Shown here: positions 20,155 through 29,519 of the stretch, piece after piece
Layout of the letters: every line of letters starts with the position of its first letter
How positions within the stretch are numbered: the stretch's first letter is position 1
Origin: Candidatus Dadabacteria bacterium
GTDB lineage: Bacteria > Desulfobacterota_D > UBA1144 > Nemesobacterales > Nemesobacteraceae
Assembly (NCBI GenBank): GCA_022822065.1
Contig: JAJECI010000007.1
Location: forward strand, 10,488 to 74,487
DNA: 64,000 nt
Reading direction: 5' to 3'
Made by a program: the position numbers and the translations under genes
The notes under the pieces: generated by a model
What the model was told of the DNA's origin: nothing
The model's input: the letters and a program-made list of their open reading frames with translations, nothing else
Databases searched by the model: none

Positions 20155-21837
20155 CTAGCTCTCCGCCGGTTCCTCTTCCGTAACCCTGAGCACTTCGTCA
20201 ATTGACGTTATGCCTTTTGCGACTTTGTCGGCACCATCCATCCTAAGGGTAATGAGTCCATTTCTCAGGGCCCTTTCCTTAAGCGTTGCAGAATCCGGGT
20301 GTGTGAGAATAGTGTTTTTAAGTTCATCATCGATAATCAGTATCTCAAAAATCGCTATTCTTCCCGAAAACCCCGTCTCCATGCACTCCTGGCATCCCTT
20401 GGCTCTGTATATCTTTCCCTCCGGACAGGCCTCGCGAGCAAGTCCGATACGGCTGAGCTCCTCATCAATCGGCACGTACTGTTCTCTGCACCGCATGCAA
20501 AGAACCCTGACAAGTCTCTGAGCTATAACCGCCGAGAGGGTAGAAGCTATAAGAAAGGACTCCACCCCCATATCGGCAAGCCTGGTAACGGCACTTACCG
20601 AATCATTGGTATGCAGCGTGGAAAATACGAGATGCCCCGTGAGTGAAGCGTTCATGGAAATATCGGCGGTTTCCCTGTCCCTTATCTCCCCGACCAGTAT
20701 GACGTCGGGGTCCTGCCTGAGTATTGAGCGAAGTCCGTTTGCGAACGTAAGATCGACCTTTGTGTTGACTTGAATCTGGTTAATTCCCTGTATCTGGTAT
20801 TCAACCGGGTCTTCTATGGTGATTATCTTCTTGTCGGGAAGATTGATTCTCTGCAGGGAGGCATAGAGACTCGTTGTCTTTCCGCTTCCCGTGGGTCCCG
20901 TAACCAGAATGATCCCGTGAGGACGTTTGATAAGGGATTCCACCGTTTCGAGTTTTTTCCCTTCAAGTCCCAGCTGTTCGAAGTTCATCAGCACCGAAGA
21001 CCTGTAAAGCAACCTCATTACCACACTCTCTCCCCATGAAGTGGGCACCGTCGAAACCCTTACGTCGATATCCCTTCCCCCGATCTTAAGCCTTATGCTC
21101 CCGTCCTGAGGCTTTCTTCTCTCGGCTATATCAAGTTCAGACATGATCTTCACTCGCGAGATCACCGAAGACTGCACCGTCTTCGGAACTTTCGTCACGT
21201 CGTGCAGAATGCCGTCCTTTCTGAACCGTACCAGCACTTCTTTTTCGAAACACTCTATGTGAATATCGCTCGCGTGCTCCCTTACCGCCTGAAAAAGAAG
21301 CGTGTTTATGAATTTTATGATCGGGGCTTCATCTTCGGCCTCAATCAGATCCTGGGGCTCTGTAAACTCCATGTCGGAGAGTCCCGAACCTTCGTTTATA
21401 TCCTCTGATACAACATCTTTGCCCTGCTCGTAAACCCTGTTAATGCTGTCGGTCAGCACGCGCTCAAGAGTAATGTAAGTTTCAAGCGAGCAGTTAAAGC
21501 GGGAGCGGACCTCGTCAAGGGCGTAGAGTTCCTGAGGCGGGGCGAATACGACTTTGAGCGTTCCGTTGTCCTTGTTTATGGGGAGTATTCTGAATCTTTT
21601 CGCGAAGCTGATCGGAAACTGTTTTATCAGTTCATAATCTATATCGCTTTCGGGAATCGATTCGATTTTCTCGACTCCGTAAAACTCGGAAAGAACATCA
21701 AGAGCAGGGGAATCTTTGAGTACGTCGGTTTTGAGCAGTATGTCCTCTGTGTTCCGGCCGTTCTTCCCTTTAAGCTCTTCAATCCTCCCCATAACCTCGG
21801 GGTAACGCCTGCCTATTATCTCGTCAAGAGCCTTCAT
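20155..21837 (-). CDS. gspE: T2SS ATPase GspE
   Basis: ASDIHIE, Walker [36 protein letters not shown] and a tetracysteine motif. Confidence 0.96.
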   Translation of the reverse strand: MKALDEIIGRRYPEVMGRIEELKGKNGRNTEDILLKTDVLKDSPALDVLSEFYGVEKIESIPESDIDYELIKQFPISFAKRFRILPINKDNGTLKVVFAPPQELYALDEVRSRFNCSLETYITLERVLTDSINRVYEQGKDVVSEDINEGSGLSDMEFTEPQDLIEAEDEAPIIKFINTLLFQAVREHASDIHIECFEKEVLVRFRKDGILHDVTKVPKTVQSSVISRVKIMSELDIAERRKPQDGSIRLKIGGRDIDVRVSTVPTSWGESVVMRLLYRSSVLMNFEQLGLEGKKLETVESLIKRPHGIILVTGPTGSGKTTSLYASLQRINLPDKKIITIEDPVEYQIQGINQIQVNTKVDLTFANGLRSILRQDPDVILVGEIRDRETADISMNASLTGHLVFSTLHTNDSVSAVTRLADMGVESFLIASTLSAVIAQRLVRVLCMRCREQYVPIDEELSRIGLAREACPEGKIYRAKGCQECMETGFSGRIAIFEILIIDDELKNTILTHPDSATLKERALRNGLITLRMDGADKVAKGITSIDEVLRVTEEEPAES

Positions 21838-21851
21838 TTTCCAAAAATTCC

Positions 21852-24332
21852 CTACTCAAGCGTATTAAGGTCCCTTCTATGAAGCAAGGTCTTTCTTTTC
21901 TGGTAATCCATAAGCAACTGCTTCATATCGCTTTCCGTCTCAACTATCCGCGGCGTAAGAAGTATCATCAGGTTAAGCTTCCTGCTCTGATTGCGCTTGA
22001 ACCTGAACAGGTTTCCAATCAGCGGAATATCTCCGAGCAGAGGTGTTTTGTTGTGAAGCACCTCTTCCCTGTCCTGAACCAGCCCGCCTATAACTAGGGT
22101 CTGCCCGTTTTTGACTATAACAGACGAATCGGCGCTTCTCGTTGTAGTCGCAATGCCGAACTGGGCGGTGTTAAGCCCCGCGGGCGCCTCCCGGGTAGAG
22201 GAAACCTCGGTCACTATGTCAAGGTTAAGGTATTCTCCTTCGCTTATCTGAGGGGTGATGCTGAGTCTTATTCCTACCGGAAGTCTCTCGATCGTCTGAA
22301 CCGTCACGCCGCTTGTTCCCACGGTGCTGCCCATCGGAAACGGTATTATGTCAGCTACCACTATCTCGGCCGGCTCGTTGTCGGTTGTAATAATGCTCGG
22401 GGTTGAGAGAACGTTGACGTCGGTCACGGAACTCAGCGCCTGAAACACAGCGGAGAAAGAGGGAAGAGACGGAAGCGGACCCGAACCGTCGGGGTCAACC
22501 TCCTCTCCCACTACTCCGAGAAAGAGTCCCGAGAGACTACCTATGGAAGTCGCTGCAATTGCGGGGTCGGCCGCGACTCCGAGAAGGCTCGGAATGCCCG
22601 GCAGCTGCTGTCCGAGGAAACCGAGGTTGTCGCCCTCTATTGTGACACCGAGACCGAAATTGGTTCCCAGCGCGTTAAGGTCGTCAAGCCCCACCTCGAG
22701 TATGGCGGCTTCCACGAACACCTGCCTTCTCCTTACGTCAAGCTTGTCCACTATCTGCTTGACCATTCTGTACTGCGTGAGAGAACCGACCACTATGATG
22801 GAGTTCGTCGCCGGGTCCGAAGTTATCTTAAGTCCATCGTCCGAAGACACTATGACGGAAGCGCCGGTCTGCCCGCTCCCTCCCCTCTTGATGTTCCCGC
22901 CTTGGGAACCTAGGCCACCGACATCTCCGCCACCGCCTACTTTCCCCTCTCCGAGACGGCTTGAAGGCTGGCCGGTTCTGCCGGATTGCCGCGTCCGGTC
23001 ATTGTAGGAAACTGAAGACACTGCGCCCCCTTTCCCCTCCGTGAACAGGTTCCCCAGGACTTCGATTATCTGCTCGGCGTCGGCGTTTTTAACTGGTATA
23101 ACGTAAACGTCCTGTTCCGCGTGCTCGCTCTCGATGTCCAAAATGGCAATTGTCTCCTTTATCAGGGAAAGATCCCTCGGATCGGCAATCACTATTATGG
23201 AATTCGTCCTCTCGTCGTTTATCACTTTAAACCCTAGGAGCTCAGAACTTCCGGACATGAGACCGTCACTCTTACCCTTTGATGGCTTGGCCTTGGCGCT
23301 CTTAGGGTTGAAAATCTCAAGCAGCTTAGAAATGACGTTGGCCGAGTTTGTGTTATGCACTCTGACGAACTCTATCTTCTTTTCGTAATCAAGATTTGCA
23401 ATCACTTCGGCTATCTTGTTCACGTTCTGTTCACTATCGACCACAACCAAGGTATTCGACGGTTCGTGAGCCTTCATAAACCCATCCCTGCTAATGAGAG
23501 CTCGAAGGACGTTGGAGACTCCTTTGGCTTTTACGCTCTTAAGCTTTATCAGCTTCATCACGTATTTCTGGGAAGACTCCGCAGCGTCGAAATCCAGTCT
23601 TAGGGGTATACTCTCCGACTTTATCCCCTTTTTGGGGACGATCTTGTTGACTCCCTCCGCACTTATGACCGAATAGCCGTTCATATCAAGAAGTATTTCA
23701 AAAATCCTAAACGCATTCTCCCTCTCGAAACCGCCCTCGGGAGTTATGATCGTCACGTTCTTGTCCCTGATCTTGTCACTCAGGAGATAAACCTCGGAGG
23801 TGATCTCGCTTATGGTCTTTACCATCTCATTAAGCGTCATGTTGGCGCGAAGGTTGACCATTCCCTCGTCCTCGGGAATTTGCTGACCCTCTTCTTCACC
23901 CAGAGTTTCACCGCCCGGATCCCCGGCGACCACGGGCGACGTTTTCCCAGGCTCCGGCTCAGGGGCTCCCTCAACTCCGGCTACAGTTTCTTCCTCCGCT
24001 AAATCAAGCGGAAGGCCGGGGTCTTCGACCGAACCTTCCAGAATCTCGTTGCCAGAAACTTTCACCGCATCTTTCCCGAGAGGCCTTAAGTCTTGCTTGC
24101 CCGGATCTTTTGCGGCCTCCTCGGCCAGCAACTCCGCAGCTCTCTCAGGCGAATCCTCCCCGCTCGCTTTTTTAAGCCTCGTGCCCGGGGCGACGACAAC
24201 CTTAGCCCTCGTAAGATCGGGAAGCGGCTCGGACTTCTGTGCAGGAGCCAACTGGGGATAGAGAACAGAAACGGAAAAAATGAGAACCGCAGACAGAACC
24301 GGGAAAAGATTTTTATTCAGAAAGTATCTCAT
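21852..24332 (-). CDS. gspD: T2SS secretin GspD
   Basis: Signal peptide, N-domains (DERTNSII, DPATNSII), LDVRRRQVFVEA, VLSTP, TPLLGDIPLIGNLF, LTPRIV. Confidence 0.95.
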   Translation of the reverse strand: MRYFLNKNLFPVLSAVLIFSVSVLYPQLAPAQKSEPLPDLTRAKVVVAPGTRLKKASGEDSPERAAELLAEEAAKDPGKQDLRPLGKDAVKVSGNEILEGSVEDPGLPLDLAEEETVAGVEGAPEPEPGKTSPVVAGDPGGETLGEEEGQQIPEDEGMVNLRANMTLNEMVKTISEITSEVYLLSDKIRDKNVTIITPEGGFERENAFRIFEILLDMNGYSVISAEGVNKIVPKKGIKSESIPLRLDFDAAESSQKYVMKLIKLKSVKAKGVSNVLRALISRDGFMKAHEPSNTLVVVDSEQNVNKIAEVIANLDYEKKIEFVRVHNTNSANVISKLLEIFNPKSAKAKPSKGKSDGLMSGSSELLGFKVINDERTNSIIVIADPRDLSLIKETIAILDIESEHAEQDVYVIPVKNADAEQIIEVLGNLFTEGKGGAVSSVSYNDRTRQSGRTGQPSSRLGEGKVGGGGDVGGLGSQGGNIKRGGSGQTGASVIVSSDDGLKITSDPATNSIIVVGSLTQYRMVKQIVDKLDVRRRQVFVEAAILEVGLDDLNALGTNFGLGVTIEGDNLGFLGQQLPGIPSLLGVAADPAIAATSIGSLSGLFLGVVGEEVDPDGSGPLPSLPSFSAVFQALSSVTDVNVLSTPSIITTDNEPAEIVVADIIPFPMGSTVGTSGVTVQTIERLPVGIRLSITPQISEGEYLNLDIVTEVSSTREAPAGLNTAQFGIATTTRSADSSVIVKNGQTLVIGGLVQDREEVLHNKTPLLGDIPLIGNLFRFKRNQSRKLNLMILLTPRIVETESDMKQLLMDYQKRKTLLHRRDLNTLE

Positions 24333-24374
24333 AAACTGTTTTAACCTTAAGAAACTGAATTCTTCGTATTAGGC

Positions 24375-25322
24375 CTAGTAAACCGTGTACCGGTTACTCT
24401 TTCTTTTACCCTGTCTCGTGAAATCAACGGTAAACTCACTCTGGCCCTTCAAGTCGGTAAAAAGCGAAAGAGCGCTCTGCACGTCGTTTAAAGCAACTTC
24501 ATTTATCTGGTGAACTATATCACCGTTCCTAAGACCCATCTTATAAAACACGCTCCGGCTTTTCACTCCGAAGATCTTGATACCGTCATCGCGCGGCACG
24601 ATCTTAGCCTCGGTTATTAAACTGCTGGGTTCAGCGAGCAGCTCTTCAAACATCCTTCTCTCTACCGAGTACAAGCCCTCGCTGACTTTGCTGACCCCTA
24701 AAGCCGACGACTTTTTTGACTTAACAAGCGGTTTGTTCCCTCCTGAAGAACTCGGGAAGTTTCTTGCAAAAACGGATTGAATCTCGTTTCCGCAGGTAAT
24801 CAATTCGGGACCTTCCGCTCTTCGTATAGTTACTTCGCAGTCGTCTATTTTCACTACCTCCACTTTTTCGGACGCTACAAGATCAACCAACTGCCCTTCA
24901 GAATAACCCTTTATTCTGCTATTTTCCATATTCTTTATCACGGCGATGCTCTTGTTGGCTGCAGAATTAGTACGGCTTTTGAGTATGAAAGTTCCAAGAA
25001 GTTCAAGTTTGAGGGATGTCTTCGGGGTAATTCCCCCCTCGAAAACTTCTGGGAAATCATCCGTCTCTATCTGTCCGGCATAACCGCCCGTTCCAAACAG
25101 GTTCGTTTTCAGTATAGAGTTGTAGTACGCCCTTGAACGATAGGGAATCTTAACCCGCCCGTATTTCTCCTCGTAGACGTGTTCGCCTGTCAGGCCAACC
25201 TTGTCGGACTCTATCTTGTCGCGCAGGCCGTTGTTGATCATGGCCGAAACCGAGTACGCGATGGCGACTATCAGCAAGACGTTTACGACCCAGACATATT
25301 TTCTTAAAACAAACAAAACCAT
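24375..25322 (-). CDS. gspC: T2SS protein GspC (TM-HR-PDZ)
   Basis: N-terminal TM, LKLELLGT HR domain, PDZ motif MGLRNGDIVHQIN; upstream of gspD. Confidence 0.88.
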   Translation of the reverse strand: MVLFVLRKYVWVVNVLLIVAIAYSVSAMINNGLRDKIESDKVGLTGEHVYEEKYGRVKIPYRSRAYYNSILKTNLFGTGGYAGQIETDDFPEVFEGGITPKTSLKLELLGTFILKSRTNSAANKSIAVIKNMENSRIKGYSEGQLVDLVASEKVEVVKIDDCEVTIRRAEGPELITCGNEIQSVFARNFPSSSGGNKPLVKSKKSSALGVSKVSEGLYSVERRMFEELLAEPSSLITEAKIVPRDDGIKIFGVKSRSVFYKMGLRNGDIVHQINEVALNDVQSALSLFTDLKGQSEFTVDFTRQGKRKSNRYTVY

Positions 25323-25468
25323 AGTCAGTTCCTTAAATTAAGACTATATAATTTAATAGAATACCTTATTTTTTTCAATACCCCCATCACCCAGGAACGT
25401 GCGCTCAAGAAAAGCTCGCAATTCTGAAGCGATACCCCGCAGCGATTTTTTAGATATCCGCGCAATGT

Positions 25469-26512
25469 TCACTCACTCCGTTTTGTTTCCCCGGCCAGGG
25501 CGACGACAGGGAAGTTTTCAAGTACGGAGGAAAAATACCGCTTTTCAAGACCATATATATCAAAAGCAAGTTCCGAGGCCCGCTCGAATCCCTCTCCGCA
25601 TGAAGCGCTCTCGCTTATCTCCTTGAAAAGCATTCCCATGTCGTACCACTTCTGACCGATACTGTCCATCTCATTGGGAAGGCCCGCCCCGTAAAAAGGG
25701 GAAAGCACCGGGGAGACCTCCTCGAGGAAATCCCTGTAAAACCACCTGAAAGCAGCGCCGCAGACCCCTCTTCTGCATATGACCTGATAAGTGAATCTCG
25801 AGGTCCACTTCCAGTCGGCAAGATTCTTCCAGCCAGGAATGTCCTCGGCCCATTTCCTTATAACCTCAACGCTCGAAGTTCCCCTTAGAGTGGTCCTGCC
25901 TTCAAGCATCATCTCGGCGTTTTTCCTCACGGCACCGAGAATCATCTCTTCGGCACTGAAGCCGTCTTCAAGAGACCTCACTTCAACACGATTGTTGGAA
26001 AGAGGGTACGGCCTTGCTTTTGAGCTTCTCGCTTTGGTCATGTTCTCAAAAGAGACAGTCTGGAGATCTTCAAACGAATTGTCCGCCACGTAAAAAACGG
26101 ATTCGGAGTCGTCGTATCCGCATACCGCTATTATGTGTCCGGGGAAATGGGTCTTAGAGTCAAAGTACTCAAGGTAGCGGATATCAGCCTGTATCAACAC
26201 TGGAATGTTCCTGTCAACAAACTCCCTGAGGTCAGCCGAGGCCCGCTCGTTGTCGTCCTCGTACTTCCAATCGGTGACATCAACACCGAAACTTCTCAGG
26301 AAATTAATTTCCATCAGGGGACCGCGGGGCTGTATAATCCTGCTCGGGTTCATTCCCTCCTCACGGGAGTAATAAAAACCGAGCCCGGCTCCCAGCCCGA
26401 AACACATCTGCTCTGAGAGATCGTGTCCGTAATAGAGGCATATATCTCTCAGCGCTGCGGAACCGCAGTGCACCCCTTTTAAGTGTTTCCAGTCATTTAT
26501 TATTTTCTTCAT
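25469..26512 (-). CDS. BtrH N-terminal domain / DUF4872 protein (papain-like Cys-His fold)
   Basis: Start MKKIINDWKHLKGVHCGS (ATG 26512); SEQMCFGLGAGLGF, HFPGHIIAVCGYD and GAAFRWFYRDFL. Confidence 0.8.
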   Translation of the reverse strand: MKKIINDWKHLKGVHCGSAALRDICLYYGHDLSEQMCFGLGAGLGFYYSREEGMNPSRIIQPRGPLMEINFLRSFGVDVTDWKYEDDNERASADLREFVDRNIPVLIQADIRYLEYFDSKTHFPGHIIAVCGYDDSESVFYVADNSFEDLQTVSFENMTKARSSKARPYPLSNNRVEVRSLEDGFSAEEMILGAVRKNAEMMLEGRTTLRGTSSVEVIRKWAEDIPGWKNLADWKWTSRFTYQVICRRGVCGAAFRWFYRDFLEEVSPVLSPFYGAGLPNEMDSIGQKWYDMGMLFKEISESASCGEGFERASELAFDIYGLEKRYFSSVLENFPVVALAGETKRSE

Positions 26513-26653
26513 AAGAAGCCGCAGGGTTGAGAGAACTAATATAGCCGGAAATCGATATTCCATAAAGACCCCGGCACGCTCATCACTCGGGGGAACCACC
26601 TTGATCATTGCGCCAAAACGGATATTAGTAATCACCACCACGGATAAATCAGC

Positions 26654-27595
26654 ATGCTTGAGAAAATCCTTAGAAATTCGAAAAAGGCTATTTTGCTCGG
26701 AATAGGAGGAGGAGGCGATGTAGTCGGAACCCTTCCGACGGCAAACCTGCTCGAGATAAACGGAACGGAATGCGTTTTGGGAGGACTTAGCTGGGAGCGT
26801 TTCACAATAGATCCCGACCCCGGACCCAGAAGACTTGAAGAATCACGCAACGTCCGCGAGATAAACGACGTGGTCTGGAGATGCAATAAAGATTCCATCA
26901 CCCGAGGCGGAGCGAGATTCGCCGAAGCAGGGATGGCCGAAGTTCTGGGGAAGGAAACCCTTCTTGTCGATATCAGTTACGGTCCGAAGAAGGTTTTTGA
27001 GGGAATAACGGACGCTGCCGAAAAACTCGGCGCAGATCTGGTGGTGGGAATAGACGTCGGGGGAGACGTGCTTGGATTCGGAGACGAAAAGGGACTCATG
27101 AGTCCACTTGCCGACGCCATAATGACCGCGGCGCTTTACAGACAGAGTTTCCGGATGCCTACCGTAATGGGAGTATTCGGTTTCGGAAGCGACGGAGAGC
27201 TCTCCAAGGAAGAACTTGAGAGGTCATTCGGCATCATAGCACGGAACAACGGAATTTTCGGGAGCTGGGGCATATCCGCAACCACTCTGGAATTAATGGA
27301 AAAGGCGATAAGCGTAATACCCACCGAGGCGAGCAGAGGACCCGTTGAATACGCAAAAGGAGTTTTCAGCGCCACTTCAATAAGAGACGGCAGAAGAAAA
27401 GTCGAACTCGATATAAGTTCCACAGTAACCTTCTATGTAGATCCCCGGGTGGTTTACGAAAAGGTGTCAAGGCCCGCGCAAGCGGTCTACGAATGCAGAA
27501 CGATAGGGGAAGCAAACGCAAAGCTTAACGAGGCGGGTATCAGGACGGAACTTGATATTGAAATGGAACTTTACGAAAACCTCAAGTCAAACTAA
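26654..27595 (+). CDS. DUF1152 family protein
   Basis: LGIGGGGDVVG, WER...DPDPGPR, GIDVGGDVL, LMSPLADA, GSDGEL, TEAS. Confidence 0.8.
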   Translation: MLEKILRNSKKAILLGIGGGGDVVGTLPTANLLEINGTECVLGGLSWERFTIDPDPGPRRLEESRNVREINDVVWRCNKDSITRGGARFAEAGMAEVLGKETLLVDISYGPKKVFEGITDAAEKLGADLVVGIDVGGDVLGFGDEKGLMSPLADAIMTAALYRQSFRMPTVMGVFGFGSDGELSKEELERSFGIIARNNGIFGSWGISATTLELMEKAISVIPTEASRGPVEYAKGVFSATSIRDGRRKVELDISSTVTFYVDPRVVYEKVSRPAQAVYECRTIGEANAKLNEAGIRTELDIEMELYENLKSN

Positions 27596-27990
27596 TAGAG
27601 CTTTTCGTGAATAAGCTTGAGTATACGTCTTGATTCTTCCTCATCTCCCCAGATGCCAACGCGGATACTCAGATCGGTTACCTCGGGCTTGTCGTACTTG
27701 ACAATTAGATAGACGAGTTTGTCCTGATCGCGAAGCTTGGCTTCGATAAGCGCCCTGCCCTCATTGCTCTCTTTTCTTATTATCTCAAGATCCTGCTGCT
27801 CCACGACCTCTACAACCGCGAACCAGACCTTGTCAAACGAGGCGGATTCCTTGGTGTTTAGAACTCCCTTGAGATAAGCCGCGGTACTACCGCCGATCAA
27901 GCCGCCCGCCACGAGTGCGCAGCCCGAAGAAAAAAGAAGCACGAATAACGACAAAAGCACGGTACGATATTCTTTTGGAAGGAATTTCAT
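27592..27990 (-). CDS. DUF3568-like lipoprotein
   Basis: Lipobox FSSGC, Gly/Ala-rich segment, C-terminal IRVGIWGDEEESRRIL. Confidence 0.75.
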   Translation of the reverse strand: MKFLPKEYRTVLLSLFVLLFSSGCALVAGGLIGGSTAAYLKGVLNTKESASFDKVWFAVVEVVEQQDLEIIRKESNEGRALIEAKLRDQDKLVYLIVKYDKPEVTDLSIRVGIWGDEEESRRILKLIHEKLY

Positions 27991-28090
27991 TTTCGCTCCC
28001 GGCAAGCTTTAGGAAAAAAACCTATATGTTCAGTTAACCTAACCTAGCAAGAAAAAGAGTCAACATTCATGGAATCCTTCATATCAAAAA

Positions 28091-28195
28091 ATAGACTGCT
28101 TCTTGGAAAGGTTCCGCACCACCGTAAACGTATGGGGAGACAGTATAGGGGCGGCAGTCATAAAGAAACTGGAGCCCGATGAAAACACCGGCTGA
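28091..28195 (+). pseudogene. C-terminal remnant of a dicarboxylate/amino acid:cation symporter (DAACS/GltP family)
   Basis: Reads IDCFLERFRTTVNVWGDSIGAAVIKKLEPDENTG*, matching the TM8 motif D-x-x-L-D-R-x-R-T-x-x-N-V-x-G-D; in-frame TAA at 28040 with no start codon after it. Confidence 0.75.
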
Positions 28196-28625
28196 AAAGC
28201 AAGACAGGACTTCGGGGAGAACAATCTCGCTTGACATAGGAACCAAGACGATAGGGGTTGCCGTAAGCGACGAGCTGGGGATCACGGCAAACGGCGTCTG
28301 TACCATAAGTCGGGAAAACGAGAAAAAAGACCTCGCGCAGCTTCGCGACATAATAGAGCGATATTCTCCTTGCGAAATCCTCGTCGGGCTACCCTACAAC
28401 CAGGACGGTTCTCTCGGAAACAGGGCAAAAGGCATAAGGAAATTTTCTGAACGCATTCGAGATTTCCTGGGCCTTCCGGTTGTATACTGGGACGAGAGCT
28501 TTTCCACCAAGACCGCGGAGCAGACGCTTATAGAAGCCGGTATGGGAAGAAAAAAGCGAAAAACGGTAATAGACAAGATGGCCGCTACGGTAATACTGGA
28601 AGAGTACCTTCTGAGCAGAAGCTAG
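28179..28625 (+). CDS. ruvX: Holliday junction resolvase-like / pre-16S rRNA nuclease YqgF
   Basis: SLDIGTKTIGVAVSD, VGLP, WDESFST, IDKMAATVILEEYL. Confidence 0.95.
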   Translation: MKTPAEKQDRTSGRTISLDIGTKTIGVAVSDELGITANGVCTISRENEKKDLAQLRDIIERYSPCEILVGLPYNQDGSLGNRAKGIRKFSERIRDFLGLPVVYWDESFSTKTAEQTLIEAGMGRKKRKTVIDKMAATVILEEYLLSRS

Positions 28626-28648
28626 ATAAAGCTCGGGACAGACCTGAT

Positions 28649-29440
28649 ATGCCACACGCAGAGACAAACGGAATAAATCTTTATTACGAAGAGTACGGAG
28701 AGGGGGATCCGCTCGTGCTCATCCACGGCCTTGGAAGCAGTCTTGAGAGCTGGGCGACACAGGTTCCCATCTACTCGGAACACTTCCGCGTGATAGTGCT
28801 TGACAACAGGGGCTCTGGCCACTCCGAGAAACCCGATTACCCGTACACGATGGAGCAGATGGCGGATGACGCCGCGGGGCTCTTGGACTTTCTCGGGATC
28901 GAAAAAGCCCACTTCGTCGGAAAATCAATGGGCGGAATGATATGCCAGTGGCTGGGTATAAAATACCCCAACAGGGTAAACAAGCTCGTCATGGGATGCT
29001 CCTCCGCACACAGGGACGAGGTCGGAAACCTGCTTATCAAAACCGCGAGGGACATAGTGGATAAGGCGGGACCCGGGGCGGGATGGGTTTTTGCGCTGTT
29101 TCTCGGATACCGAAGGAAATACATTGAAGAGAATTACGACTCCTTAATAAACAGAATCCAGGAAGTTCCCGTTGACCTCGATGCGGCCGCCGGATACAGA
29201 AACCAAAGCTACGCGTGCGAGAACCACGACGTGTTAGCCCAACTCGGTAAGATCTCCGCGAAAACCCTGGTCATGTACGGAGAGCGGGACATCGTCACGC
29301 CTCCCGAGAGATCAAAAAAGCTCGTGGAATTCATACCGAACGCGGTTGAAAAGGCCTTTGCGGACGTAGGCCACGGATTCTGGAGAGAGTGCCAGGCCGA
29401 GGTGGATAAAGCCGTGCTTGATTTTCTCGCAAAAAACTAG
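28649..29440 (+). CDS. Alpha/beta-fold hydrolase (enol-lactonase-like)
   Basis: LIHGLG, DNRGSG, nucleophile elbow GKSMGG, acid GERD and His in VGHG. Confidence 0.92.
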   Translation: MPHAETNGINLYYEEYGEGDPLVLIHGLGSSLESWATQVPIYSEHFRVIVLDNRGSGHSEKPDYPYTMEQMADDAAGLLDFLGIEKAHFVGKSMGGMICQWLGIKYPNRVNKLVMGCSSAHRDEVGNLLIKTARDIVDKAGPGAGWVFALFLGYRRKYIEENYDSLINRIQEVPVDLDAAAGYRNQSYACENHDVLAQLGKISAKTLVMYGERDIVTPPERSKKLVEFIPNAVEKAFADVGHGFWRECQAEVDKAVLDFLAKN

Positions 29441-29519
29441 CTACGCCGGGCTCCACCCCATGAGTCTTTCTGCCTGTTTTAGAAGACGCAGCCACCGTGC
29501 ATGTGTATGCCCCTGTTTT

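Noticed and set aside
15822-25322. Type IV pilus cluster
   Set aside because: Gene order C-D-E-F-G-H-I-J-K, the GspG and GspK signatures and the lack of pilT/pilM indicate a T2SS.
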